DNA of 61,023 bases, the filler included, from Rhabdomonas costata (taxonomy: Eukaryota), in NCBI GenBank assembly GCA_019059605.1. It is 14 parts of 14 records of this genome, joined end to end, with 100 filler letters (N's around TTAATTAATTAA, not from the genome) between each part and the next. Parts side by side here need not be neighbours in the genome. Positions count along the whole stretch, not along the records: positions 39,234 to 43,605 come from JAHMHO010000299.1; positions 43,706 to 47,949 come from JAHMHO010000300.1; positions 48,050 to 52,335 come from JAHMHO010000301.1; positions 52,436 to 56,680 come from JAHMHO010000302.1; 10 more parts are not named here. One strand, given 5' to 3'. Shown here piece by piece: positions 40,305 through 52,503 of this stretch. The notes beneath the pieces are model-generated. The model did no database searches and had not been told where the DNA came from. It saw only the letters and a program-made list of their open reading frames with translations. Positions within the stretch are counted from its first letter, which is position 1; the number at the start of each line of letters is the position of its first letter. The position numbers and the translations under genes were made by a program.

Positions 40305-40376
40305 GCCCCCTGTGACGAGAAGCTTCGCTGTGAACCGCATGAGCTTCATTATGGTCCAATGAGTCTGAGTGGGGGC
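40305..40376 (+). ncRNA. Candidate box C/D snoRNA, paralog B
   Basis: Box C GTGACGA 40312-40318, D' GTGA / C' ATGAGC, identical 16-nt guide, box D CTGA 40365-40368, terminal GCCCCC/GGGGGC stem. Confidence 0.65.
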
Positions 40377-40634
40377 TTTTGCACGGGCACGTTTTTCGAG
40401 CTGTTGTGTTGCGCAACAGCAACAGGTTCTATTCGGTACGCCCACCTTTTGCTGTTTTGCCATCTACCCTTGCCAAGAAAAGCCACACCCACATGATGCA
40501 GCGCTCACGGATGCTGCGTGCAGGCTTGGGGTGACACCGCCCCTCGTACCTGCGCATGGAGGTGACTTACGCTCCCTCACCAATACACCACCCATTCAAA
40601 GAAATGCCATCCGCACGTTTCCTCCGCTGTGTAG

Positions 40635-42086
40635 GGTAGAGGTGCACAAGGAGTACCTGGAGTTCTTCCGAATGCTCTTCCTTACCTTGGGCAACCTGAT
40701 CTACAAGAAGGAGAAGAAGCTGGAGGAGCTCGACCGCAACATCCGCACCACGCACATCCAGCTGGAGTTCTGCATTGAAACCTTCGACCCCAACGCCAAG
40801 AAGCACTCCGATGCCAAGAAGCAGCTCTACATTGTTCGCGGTCTGCTCCCCCCACCGCTATCACCACCACTACCTCCACGCACTCCCACACGCCCTCCTA
40901 TGGTGCATGGTCCCGTGTTCATCGGGAAGGGGAAGATGTTGGTGTCGCCTCCGCGATACTTGGTGTTGACAACCGGAAAGTTTCGCAGTGTATGAAATGG
41001 ATGGTACCAAGCTGGGTCCTGTGTGAAAGGGAGCCTTTGAAAGAGGTAACGCCCCCCCCCAAAAAAAAAGCGAAATCAGCGGTCTTTCTCTCTCCCTTCC
41101 TCTCCCTCTCTCTATGGACCACACAGCCCAAACAGAGGAGGAGCTGGGGATGCTGAAGGATAAGCAGAACAAGGCCCAGGAGGAATTCCAGCCCACCGAG
41201 GAGGCCCTGGTGGCCGCGGGAATTGAGTTCCAGCACCCCGGTGAGCGCCACCGCCACCCTTACTCCGCCCCTCCACCACACACCACACCACTTCCACGTT
41301 CGATTCTGTCCTCTTCTCCGTGCATGAGTCTTTCGCAACCACTGAAAGCTGGCATGAGAATTTCGACGCGGCAGGTCCCAACTGGAAAATTTGGCGTTAA
41401 AGAGACCGACGTCCTTTTTAGGGGCAAAAGGAAGGCGAAAATATGTCCTCGGCAAGGATCCGGCACTTCTCACACCCGTGACTGCAAGGAGATGAAATAG
41501 CTAGGGACGTCGTTTTGCTCCGTCTGTGAGTTCCCCACTCGGTATCCCAGCGGACGAGCAGAACGAGGAGGTGATCAACCGCCGCTCCAAGATGGTGGAG
41601 TACCGCGCCCATCTCAGCAAGCAAGAGGAGGTGAAGATCGCGGCGGAGCGGGAGGAGATCAAGCGGGCAAAGCAGCTTCGGCATGCCTGTCACTCATACT
41701 CTCACACATCCCACCGCGCTGCAAAAAAGGCACCTTTGACAGCTCAGTAAAAAGTCCAGCGGCGTGTAGAAAAAATCCTTTCGTTGTTTATGGGAATGAG
41801 TTCCTCTTGCGCCGATAAACGGAATCTCCGAATCGCCCATCCCACTACATGTGTCCTCACATCACTTCTGCTGAGATTCACACGCAGTTACTACGCACCT
41901 AAATCTGGCGTGAAGTTCTGGCAAAGAATTGCATTGCAGGAGCTGTGGAAGGGAAATCCGGGTGGGGGTTCTTCCTTCAGGGCTGCCAGGGGCAACTCCC
42001 CGTCGAAGGCTGCAATCAGCCAATCCTCCGCGGACAGCTCCTACGGGAAGTATGCTCTGGGCCGTATCTGCTTACTTTACAACTGA
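40635..42086 (+). CDS. PFR: Paraflagellar rod protein (PFR1/PFR2 family), 3' part
   Basis: Exons 40635-40840, 41127-41240, 41551-41680 and 41981-(42086): VEVHKEYLEFFRMLFLTLGNLIYKKEKKLEELDRNIRTTHIQLEFCIETFDPNAKKHSDAKKQL..AAGIEFQHPADEQNEE..RRSKMVEYRAHLSKQEEVKIAAEREE. This is the conserved euglenozoan PFR C-terminal region. The last exon boundaries are less certain. Confidence 0.95.
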
Positions 42087-42162
42087 CTCGCGCGCGCGCT
42101 CTCCCCTTATGACGCGTCAGCCCAGCTTCAGGAGCGTTGGGTGAGTGGTGGTGATGGGAGCA

Positions 42163-42303
42163 TTTCATTCATTCATTCATTCATTCATTCATTCATTCAT
42201 TCATTCATTCATTCATTCATTCATTCATTCATTCATTCATTCATTCATTCAGTCATTCATTCATTCATTCATTCATTCATTCATTCATTCATTCATTCAT
42301 TCA
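42163..42303. repeat. (ATTC)n tetranucleotide microsatellite, ~35 units
   Basis: Near-perfect attcattc array with one substitution (cagtc at ~42251). Confidence 0.97.
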
Positions 42304-44054
42304 TGGGTGCTCAAAAGCGCAGCCCTTGCCAGTGCTGTTCTTTTAAACTTGGGTCCTTGGTGGCGTGCAGTGGAAATGGGAGGAAGAGGGAGGAAAGTCA
42401 TGGTGCTCTTCCTGGGAAAGAAGTGGCTTTGTAACGGTGACGCCGAAACGACTCCAGTTTTTGGCATTGTTGTCGACATGAGAAGAGAAGAGCTTTTTGT
42501 CGGGTTGCGTTTTCCGACGGTGACGTAAGTTAAGTATCTTGTAGGTTATGTATTGTGGACGGCCGGGCACAAGGAGTGGATCGCTTTGTTTGGTTTGTGA
42601 GTTCCATCCATCCGTTGCAGTTTGTATCCTGACAAATATGCGAACCCACCCAATGGATTTCTGAGTGAAACAAAACACAAAACGTTAAATACACTGGGGG
42701 GGGGGGCGAATTTACACCGTTGGGTACTGCCCAACGCATGCACACCTCAAGGCCGTCCCTATATTTTTTTGCTCCTGATTTTCTTGCAGACCCATTGGAG
42801 CCATCACCGACACCACCCGCAACGAATTCTAACCGAGCCCCTCTCTCATCCCGGATGCTGCCTCCGAAAGCCTCCCCCCGCACTCGCTCCCCTGTTCCTG
42901 AATGCTAGCTGTGCTGTGCTGATGTCTCTGTTTGTTCGGGTCCGTTGGCCTTTCCCTTCCAAGCTGTTTGGTTTGCATGGGACTTTGCTGTGTTCTTCCC
43001 CGACCCTCCGTGTCCCCCCCCAAATTACGTGGGACGAGGAAGGGTGGTTCTAGCGCATTTACCACACATCCATGAGGCATTACTTAAGCCCATGCATCGG
43101 TTGGAATGTGGATATGGTTATCTGGCAGTGGCTCCCCCTCAGAACAGAACAGATTATTCCAATTTCACACAACAAAAGACCTCCCTTTCTATTCACATCG
43201 CCCACAAGCTGGTGAAAAACGGACACTGGTGTCAAGTTCATTTTTTTCACAGCCGATTCACCCCACGGCGATGATGGCTGCTTTACCCAGAACTTGAGTA
43301 ATTCGAGTGGTTGGTAGTTGCTGGGGCAGGGCAAAGGTGGCTTTCTGGACCTTCCCTGTTGAATGTGTCTTTGTTCGAGTTTGCACTTAACCTAGACTTG
43401 AAAGATAATTTTATTTGTGAATGCTAGTAGAGGCTCGGATCTTGGGCCATCTGCCCTCCTGACCCCCTCCCGTACGTAGGTGCGTCACTGGGGAACATGC
43501 GCACTGCACCAACTCACACCAATGACCTCTCTGAGAGGTGCGCATCATTCTCTGTAGCTTCCTACGAGACTAATAGTCTCTGCAGATGAGAGTACCGTGA
43601 CCTGCNNNNNNNNNNNNNNNNNNNNNNNNNNNNNNNNNNNNNNNNNNNNTTAATTAATTAANNNNNNNNNNNNNNNNNNNNNNNNNNNNNNNNNNNNNNN
43701 NNNNNCCCCAAAATGTTTTCAATTTTCCCTTTGCAAAAGCTTACTTGTCATGTTTGCGTTTCGTTGTGCTCCTCGTCTTCCCCGCTTCTGTGTAGCTCTC
43801 CCCCGGGTGTCTTGGTTGTCCTACGGGGTCTCCCTGCCCTGGCGCCTCTGTCTATCATGTGATGAATCTTACGAAGTGTATCCAACGTGAATCGCGCACC
43901 CGTCCCGTTGACACCCGTTCAAGATTTTTTATGATGCGTTTGGTTTGCGTTGAGAACACAGGTCTGAGTTTCCTTTCTCATTGTCCACTGTGTGCATTGT
44001 GGACGGTCGGGAAAGGAATCGAGAGGATGTGCGGCGTGCACCCATACAAAATAG

Positions 44055-45006
44055 GCTGCGAAGGAGCTGGACGTGGACGAGTGGATGTATGCAGGTCTGT
44101 TCGGGACTCTTCGGGTTTCCTTTCCTGAGCTTTTGAAAATTGGGTGGACGACACTAGCGTCACTTCCCTTAGCAACTTCTGCCAAAGTCCTCCGTGTGAC
44201 GCTTTTGCAGCCGAGCCCCCCCGCACTCTGTGAGAAAGCCGAGCTCATTTTTAAGGAGGTTTTCACTCCACTGTGTGATGTAACCATTGACGACACGCGT
44301 TTATCCAAAGGTTGTTTCGAGCGGTGCCTGCCTTCCAAAAGCAGGCACAAACATGCGGTTGCTCAGTCTCCTTAAACTGCGACATACGTATGCGAGGTTT
44401 CCCAAGAGCCTTCACCAGCAGAAGAGAGGGAGGATCCGCACCCCCCCCCCCCCAGAAGCCCAGAAGCGGCCAGGAAGAGGAAGAGAACCCGAAAGCCCAA
44501 TCCAGGCAGAAAGACCTCTACAATCCTGCGACCTATGTCACCCATTGTCTGCGTTCTCCCGCCGCATCATCATTTTCTGATTGGTTTCTCTCCGGTTCAC
44601 GAAACGCTCCTGCTTCCGAGGTTCCGTCTCATTACGTCCACGACAGCTACACGGCGTGCACGTTGGAGGTATGTGTGTGAATGTGTCCGGTGGGTCGCTC
44701 GCAGTTCACAACAGCGCGGCCCGAGACCCCTTCGTGTACTACAACGACGGTGTCACCGCCTACCGTGACGGAGAACTTGGACGAGCCTCGGAGCTTCTCT
44801 CTGGCTTCCTCAAGGAGAACCCCTACGATCCCCACGCCCAACGGTTTCTTGCCCGGATTACTGCCGACCAGGACGAGACGTCGCCTCCCGCCATTCCCGG
44901 CGGCACCGCGGCAGCTTCTCGAGTGCGTCTGGAGCTCATCAGCACGGCGCTCATCTCGAGGCAGCCCTCCGAACACGGGGATCGTAAGAACACGTGGTCT
45001 TCTTAA
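44055..45006 (+). CDS. C-terminus of a class III nucleotide-cyclase-like protein of the euglenozoan/heterolobosean 'DEWMY' type
   Basis: Exons 44055-44094 and 44705-45006 (phase-1 GT-AG) join to AAKELDVDEWMYA|VHNSAARDPFVYYNDGVTAYRDGELGRASELLSGFLKENPYDPHAQRFLARI..*. I recognise the EWMY motif plus TPR-like helix pair as the tail of these cyclases. Confidence 0.6.
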
Positions 45007-46859
45007 CACTCGCAAAGAATGACACCAGCGCCAGCGTTTGCAACACAGTGCAGCTTGTCGGCCAAGGCAGAACCAAAGGACAACCCGTTTCGGCCCAGCC
45101 TCGCAGAACTGATGTATGAAGTCCCAAATAGCGTATCTGTTGGGGGTTATTAAAGTTGGGGAATGGAGGTGCCGACTTCAGTCTCGGAATGCATCTCCAA
45201 TCCCCTCCTTGTGAAGCACTGTCCCTGCCGTAAAAATGTTCCGCCAAAGTGATTGAGACTGGAAAATGTGGATTTAGGCCTTATGTGACCTTCAGTTTGG
45301 GTTGCGTGGGCATGGCTGCATTGTGTGTTTCGAAGGGTTTTTTAAGTCATGTGATCACTGCGACAGTTCATGATGACCCCGCCTATCCTTCTTCTGTCGT
45401 GACCGTGGCCGATATGCTGTTGGTTAGGGTGACTGGGACAGTTTATAACCTGCTCCTCAGGTTTGGTATCGGCCTCACGCCGAGGCGAAATGGTGCAAGG
45501 AGGAAAGGGAGGGCAGGAGAAAGGAGAGGAGAGGAGAAAAAAACAGTACCTGTGTGAAAGATTTCGCGGGGCAAGTGCAAAAATGAATACTCGCCCCCAA
45601 CTGTGTTGACTCTGTTGAATTTTGTGCTCGTTGGTTTTGAGCGCCTTTTTGTTTGCCTGCGTCTCGGTTTCCTTTCGTGGGGAGGGGGCTGTGCCAGTGG
45701 CACGGTTGGTTGAAGTGAAGAAGTGACGCTAACACTCGCGTGGCCTCACGTGGCACCCACCTCCCGTGATCGGCATGTGACTGACCGATTGTGCGAGGGT
45801 GACGTCTGCTCCTCCCCTTTAATCTCCCCTTCATCAACAAGATTCCCACACCCCTGACATGAAAGAGTGAGTGAGTGAGGAAGGAAGGAAGGAAGGAAAT
45901 TGGCCACGAGGTTCAGTGAGCCAGTGAATAAGAGATGCTGAGGAGTCTGCTGGGTGGTTTGACTTTCGCGCTGGACTGGAGTGCTTATTTTGTCCCTGGT
46001 GTGTGTTTATGGGAATCCTCTATTTTGCCACCCTTCTTGGTGGTGTAAATTATTCTCCTTTTGCATGTCTTCTCCGCTCCAAGAAAAGCCGACTGTGACA
46101 GTTTCCTGGAAAATGCTCCGGGGACATCGTTTCTTGGCTTAAGGGAAGCGCGTGTGGGAGAGTTGCGACGAAGTGCATGCAAACAGGCGTTCCAGCTCTC
46201 CCCTTGCTTGCCTTTTTTTTTTTTGCGCGGGATGTCAGCCGAACATTTTTTTCTTGGCGTTTGTACTTCCCTCGGCTGCGCTTGAGTGTTCGCCCGAGCG
46301 GCTGTTCTGTCATATGGCGGGGCAGGATTACCTGTGGCACAGGCACCTTTAGGTAATGAAGGGCATATCTTGGGGCTAAAGGACGGTATGTCAGATGTCA
46401 GGCTAGTCCTTTGTTGGCATCAGTTTTGACCTGCAAGCTAAGAATGCTCAACCAAAGAACAGTGGCACAGGTTACCTAATCCCTTACTCCAAATGAAAAT
46501 CTTGAGCGTGCTGGCGTCAGTAGTTACCTAACCTTTCGCGAACAACGGGAACAAAAGGTATCTGTTACCGCTCCCACACTCCTACTCCCCCTACGTCAGT
46601 TGGGCCCCCCAATGTTGCATAGAAACAAAGAGAGCTCATCCCAAATAGTAACTATGTATCAAATAAATTCAGTTCCTTCAGCCGGGAGCAGGTGTTTCCA
46701 CGTATGGACTTCCAGAAGGCGTGAAATCTCCAAAGTTGAAGACACCAACAAAAATGCTGAGAATAAGAAAACGAACGAAAAAGTTCCGGAGAGAAAAATC
46801 CTGGCTGCCGTCAGTTTTCCCATCTTATGGTTTCCCCTTCCACTCCATCTTCAGTTGCT

Positions 46860-46914
46860 TCACCGCTGCTTACCCTCCTCTCTCCTTAGCCGCGCTCCTT
46901 TTTTACTGAACTAG
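46860..46914 (+). promoter_or_regulatory. Putative spliced-leader trans-splicing acceptor (pyrimidine tract + AG) upstream of the RRM gene
   Basis: cttaccctcctctctcctt..ctcctttttt..actAG lies 11 nt before ATG 46926. A similar cgcAG lies 6 nt upstream of the STK36 ATG on the minus strand. SL trans-splicing is general in Euglenozoa. Confidence 0.4.
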
Positions 46915-46925
46915 GCGGCGAATCC

Positions 46926-47198
46926 ATGTCCGCTTCTTCGTCGCCGGCCTCGAGCACATCGCCATCGAGAACCCGCACTCTCGTTTTGCATGGGCTTCCA
47001 GAAAGTTGGAGCGAGGCGACCCTTCAGGGGCATGCCCAGCCCCATGGCCCGACTCTTCGAGTCGCTATCCTTCCCAGGAAGTCTCTTGGGTTGTCCGGTG
47101 GTCGCAGCGCTTTGAGGACCGGACTGGTGACTTTTGTGCGGTCAGCGGATGCAGACTCGGCGCTGTTGGCGTGGGATGGCCTTGCCGGTGGGGTCTGA
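46926..47198 (+). CDS. RRM-domain RNA-binding protein, first exon (continuation ambiguous)
   Basis: RNP2-like TLVLHGLP..WSEATL..HG, RNP1-like TGLVTFVRSADADSAL..WDG. Probable splice donor at 47188. Confidence 0.65.
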   Translation: MSASSSPASSTSPSRTRTLVLHGLPESWSEATLQGHAQPHGPTLRVAILPRKSLGLSGGRSALRTGLVTFVRSADADSALLAWDGLAGGV

Positions 47199-48699
47199 AG
47201 GGCACCGCTGGAGATGGGCATGCAAACGGCGGGGAAGGGCTTGTAATGTGCAAAAAAGCAATCCACGAAAAACCACTGCTCGAACCAGTCAGTCCGGAAG
47301 GGTGCGATGGAGCGATTGCAAAGCAAAAAAAAAAGAGGACCACGATGAGAATTGGGAGAGCGCTGGAGGAAGAGCCCAAATAACCCACCCAGGGAACCCG
47401 CATTTTCGTTTTCAAAAAAAAAAGGAAAATACGAATGAAAGTACGAAAGAAACATGGGATCCCTTTCGACCCTCCCCCTTCGTCTGATGCCCCTGGGATA
47501 CGAGTAGCTTAAGCACCGCTTCACATCTGCCAAATGTGCGGTGAGGCAAACTTGAATTCAGGCGTTTTTCAGGAATGCTGACATTTGCCTTAACTGGAGC
47601 ATTGCGAGCTTTTATAAAACGCCGCCCCGTGGTCAGCAATGGTTTCGTGATGGATCGGCATTTTTGTTGTCCGTACCCTTCGCCTCCGCCCTCCCGCCCT
47701 CCGCCCTGGGGTTTTATTTTATTTGGTTGTACCAGCCTGCTCTCTAGTTTGACAGGCAGTTTAGCAAAAAAGCTATCTGCCCAGGTGTATACAGGAGCAG
47801 ACTCAAAAGAAAAGTCAAAAGTTGACCGAGAAAAATCCGAATTTTTTTTGGATATTCCTGCCATCCCTACTCTCCGACTCTGACCACCGGAATGATGCCC
47901 TTGCCTGCCTTCTCTCTGCCTGTACCCCTGAGATGGCCCCACACCCACANNNNNNNNNNNNNNNNNNNNNNNNNNNNNNNNNNNNNNNNNNNNTTAATTA
48001 ATTAANNNNNNNNNNNNNNNNNNNNNNNNNNNNNNNNNNNNNNNNNNNNTTGATGCTTCCTTCTACGGGTATTCCCTCTGCTGATGGTGTTGATGCGTTT
48101 CCTTCTACTTTTATTCTTGCTCTTCCCTCTTACGCTCTGCTTCCCTCTTATGTGACTCCTTCCTCTTACGCATCGATGGTAGTGACATTCCCGCTACTGA
48201 TGCCAGAGGGAGGAGTGACGTTGCATTCTGAGGTGGAAGGAGGGAGGATGTTGGGGATGATGGAGTGAGAGGGAACATGCCGATACCTTACGCATCCTTC
48301 TACCCTACGCATGATTCCTACCTCTGATGCTACCGTTACCCTGATGCTGATTCCTTCCACTGTAACGATGATGCCTGAGATGTCTGAGATGCTGGATATG
48401 CTGCCTTCCCTTACGCTAGATGTGATTCCTTCCACTGATGTCATGATGATGCAAGATGTGATGATGGTATCTGAGGGGCTGAAGATGGTGAGTTGAGAGG
48501 TGAGTGAGAGTGTAGAGGGGTATCAGCATGCATTTCTACCAGCGGTGCCTTCCACTACTCCTACTTCGCATGTCCCTCGCTGCGCTCGACCCATTGCCAC
48601 TCATGGGACACTATCGTGCTGATCAGCACCCAGCTGTCTTGCGAGGCTCTTCCTGCAGGACGGCCGAGACCAATGATAATGAGAGCAACTTCGAAGAAA

Positions 48700-49450
48700 A
48701 AACGCGGTATGCATTTTACTTTTTGAACCTTCCAGTATTTCCCTATTGCTTCATTCTCTACCAAAAACTCCGCTCGAGACTGCGGAGTGCAGGACGGAGT
48801 AGACGCCAGGCTTGAAGCTGCTGTTTCGAGTTGAGATTCGCAGAAATCCATTGAGGATATTGACAATCAGTTGCTGGTCAAGCGAAAGGCGGTAATCGGA
48901 GTAGAATCAAGCATTGAGCGCAGAAGCGGGCGTGGACTGCGCAGTTTCCTTCTTTGCCAATGGAAGCTTCTGGACCAGCAGATGGATAACTCCACGACCC
49001 TTTCCCATGATTCGCGATCAGTTTGTTGAAGAAGCTGGTCGACCATGGGACACCCTATGCGGAGTCTGCCGTACTATTCTGATAAACCGAGAACGAACAC
49101 GATGTACTGCCTCTAGCAAACTTCTCTGAGCTTGACTGCGCAACCCAGCTGTCGGAAATACTCACCCACCAATTCAAGAATGGGACAGTCCACTCCTCAC
49201 GGTCGCAAAAACTTCTGCCAGGTGCCGCTTATTTGTTCACGATAACGTCCTCCAAGTAGTTTGTGCCCAATTTGCAAGAAAAAACATCATTAATTACCGT
49301 TTCTCAGCCCAGTATGGCCACCACAATCGTGTCATGGAATCGACGACCTGATACTGCCGACGAAAAATAACCTACCCTTGTATAATCCTATCCGACTCTG
49401 GGACAATTGTGACAAGTCTCCAGCTGGCAACCCGCAAGGACGGATAGCCT
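48700..49450 (-). mobile_element. Degenerate RT-RNase H of a DIRS/Ngaro-like retroelement
   Basis: Ordered broken motifs on the minus strand: SWRLVTIVPESDR (after motif A), NYLEDVIV (49258-49247, YxDD-like), RQLGCAVKLREV..IVFVLG (thumb/FLG), TDCQ..W (~48870, TDAS-like), RSLE, GNTGRF..N. Multiple stops and frameshifts. Confidence 0.42.
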
Positions 49451-50443
49451 GGTAACGTGGTCTACCACACGTTTCGTGTAAACATGAGATCTGCTCTATG
49501 CGCTCAATTTGTCTCACTTGAAACCCCAATTCGTCACGCCTGGAAGCATGTCACTTGCCTCCCATCAAAACACAAGAACAAGGAAACAGTCCTCCTCAGC
49601 TCACCAAAAGAACAATCCAACTTCAGGCAAGCTCTGGGAGAATTCGACCCCACGGACGACCTCGACAACGCTTGGGTTGGTCGGCGTAGCGGTTTCTGTC
49701 TCTGGGGTTGGGGTTGGGTTTCGAGGTGTCGGGTGTCGTGGTGAGGGTAGCGTGGGTTGTGTAGCTACTCTGGCAGAGTTTAAGATGACCCAAAACTCCC
49801 AACTGGGTCAGGCGTTTTGTAGCCAATGTGATAGCCCGACAACCTGACCTGCTGGAAGTGGGACACTTTCTGGAGGCCTGCAGAGTCAGGTCGGCGGCAC
49901 AATTCGACCCAACCTGATGCAACAACAGGATGCCCAACGGTGTGCTGCAATTCAACAGTTGGGGCTGTCCACTTACTTTGGAGCAAGAACCCGAAACCAC
50001 CATCTTTTCCCCCCGCATCACCAGCTGCTTGGCATTCTCGTTGAATCAATGTGCGAACCCTCCGCCCTCAGTGCCACCTTAGCTGAGGCATTTTGGGGAC
50101 TTCCCGACGATCAACTACTGGAACACCTCGCAGACAAACTTCTTCGGCCTCGTTGCGGCCCCAAATGCACGGGAAGTGCAGATTTCACTGCCCGTGGCCA
50201 CTCCACGACTGTCCCCTCTACGACAAGCTTCATGTCCACGTCCCACCCGATGTACAGAAAATGCTCATTGCCTGCGGCCCCGCGACCCTGTACGACGAAA
50301 CCGGGGACTTCTCACTGGACCATTCCCTCACTGGCGGAAAATGGCAGCGAATTCAATCCCATAACCTTCTCCACAATAGAATCTCACACTAACTTGCAGG
50401 TATCTCTTCACTCAAAGTGTATCTCGCTCGCTCTCTCTCTCTC

Positions 50444-50569
50444 TTTGGGTGAGGAATGTGGAAATGAGTGGTGGCGCAGGAGCTCGGGTCCCGCTAGAGC
50501 CGGATCCTTGATGGTGACACTCTCTCAATTAAGGGGGAGAGAGGATCCCCTCTTCGGCTCGTAGAGGCT
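50444..50569 (+). repeat. Copy 2 of the ~125-bp microsatellite-associated repeat
   Basis: Directly follows (CT)n at 50431-50444; highly similar to the reverse complement of 53211-53335. Confidence 0.9.
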
Positions 50570-52503
50570 GTGTGGTGGGCAGCACGGGCTGCAGCACTGG
50601 TGGTCCCCCTGCGGAGCTGGGGGAAGCGCACAGCTACTCGGCCCACTCGTTGTTTGATCACCGAGAGCTTCAGGTCTCTGCATCCACCTCCGCCGCAATC
50701 TCAGCAGTTACATGAGTCTCCTCTTGTTCTTTACCCAATCGTGCAAAAAGCCTATTGGAATTTCATCGAGGTTCGCCACAAACCGATTGGTGGGTTGGGG
50801 TAAGTCACCGCGGTAAGGGGTTGACGCTGTACAGTATAAAGGGAGGGAGGCGATGTGCATAATTGCAGCCCAACCTCCAATTGACCGCCTAGCCCATCCA
50901 CTCTCAAACTGCCAATTCACAATGCTNNNNNNNNNNNNNNNNNNNNNNNNNTGCTGTACAGTATAAAGGGAGGGAGGCGTTGTGCATAATTGCAGCCCAA
51001 CCTCCAATTGACCGCCTACCCCATCCACTCTCAAACTGCCAATTCACAATGCTCATAGTGCTTTATCCTCTCAGCATTGTTTCCTGGGGAGCCCCCCAGT
51101 CCGAGAAACAGTGGTAGGCTTTGGGAACTCGTGTCATTTCCAACCAAACCAACATGATTCCCGAAGCAGCGGTGTGTGCTGGCTGCATTCCTTTCATTCA
51201 GAACACCATTAGTGGAAGCAGATATGCTTCTCATTGTGTTTTGACGGTGTGCAATGGGAAAAGTGGTGAGACCGCGACTTGAGGCTTAATCCCAGTATTG
51301 GACCTTGAACCCGTATTATGCAGGGGAAAAGGGTTCATTCTACCATTAATATTTTGGGAGGAACCCATAAAAGGGAAATGCCTAAGTGCGGAAGCCCTGT
51401 TCTTCTTGTGGCTCCCCCCTTGGACAAACTTTCATCCCCTCCCCTGTTGCCGTGAACTTTAAAGCAACATCGTTGATTTAATCATGATTAGATCAAGAAA
51501 ATCAAACAGTATTAAATCAAAATTTTCCGTCCAAATCTGTTTTAACCCACCACCCTGTGTCAGAGTCTGCGGGCGGGTGCGGCATGAACATGGGCTGCTT
51601 TGGAGGAGGGGCAGACGCTTCCCCCTGTTGCTCCTGATGAGTACGACCGACTCCTGGGTAGTCGCCACTGGTTGCGTCAAATCACAAGGGAACACATTTC
51701 TGGCCCCGCTCATTTTGAACTAGAACCTGGGCGTTTTCAGCATCTCGAGTTGAAATGCCGCTTTCATAACCCAGTTCTTTTTTGTATCAAAGCGCATCCT
51801 TCTGTCCTCACTGCCCGCTTGCAAGCAGCTGAGGAACCCGATGGTGCGCAGAGCACGCAACCCTCTTGTTTGTTTCTTTAGAAGTGAGGAGACTTTGGAT
51901 GGTTTTGGGTTACTTGGTTCATATGCCTTTTTTCGGGGATATGTTCTTAGGCCAGTTCCGAAGTTGTGTTGTTTTGACCTTTCTGTTCTAGTTCTTTCCG
52001 CGTGGAAAGACCTCGGAAAATCACAACAGAAGGTCAGGTGCACAGCATGGAAGAACTGCAGGCGCGGTTTCTGTCCCTTCTGACTATACTGTATTTAAGT
52101 GACAGAGAGAACATGAGAGCTAGGGGAAACGGCCAGGCAGACGTGAAGGAGCAAGCACGGTTATGGACAATTTGTCGGGTGCATAAAACCCATACACCCC
52201 GCTCCCCTTCCCTCGCCTCGCAAGGCTGCATCAGTTCGCAAAACTCGGGTACCCTACGCCGACAGCCACAATTGTGCGAGAATACCGGCTGAACGCAAGA
52301 AGGGAGGAAAGCACCCCACGGAACTCCGGCCGAAGNNNNNNNNNNNNNNNNNNNNNNNNNNNNNNNNNNNNNNNNNNNNTTAATTAATTAANNNNNNNNN
52401 NNNNNNNNNNNNNNNNNNNNNNNNNNNNNNNNNNNGGTTTGGGGTCTCTCTGAGAGTCATTTGTTGTTCGGTTAGCAGACTGTTTCCTCATTTGTACACT
52501 CAG

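Noticed and set aside
42141-42528. ORFs with (FIHS)n repeats
   Set aside because: Translation of the (ATTC)n microsatellite.
42655-42670. TTTCTGAGTG resembling the euglenid spliced leader (also ~33370)
   Set aside because: Only ~10 nt match; no following T tract or splice donor.
50826-51053. ~100-bp direct repeat flanking a 25-N gap
   Set aside because: Typical unmerged overlap at a scaffold gap; assembly artefact.
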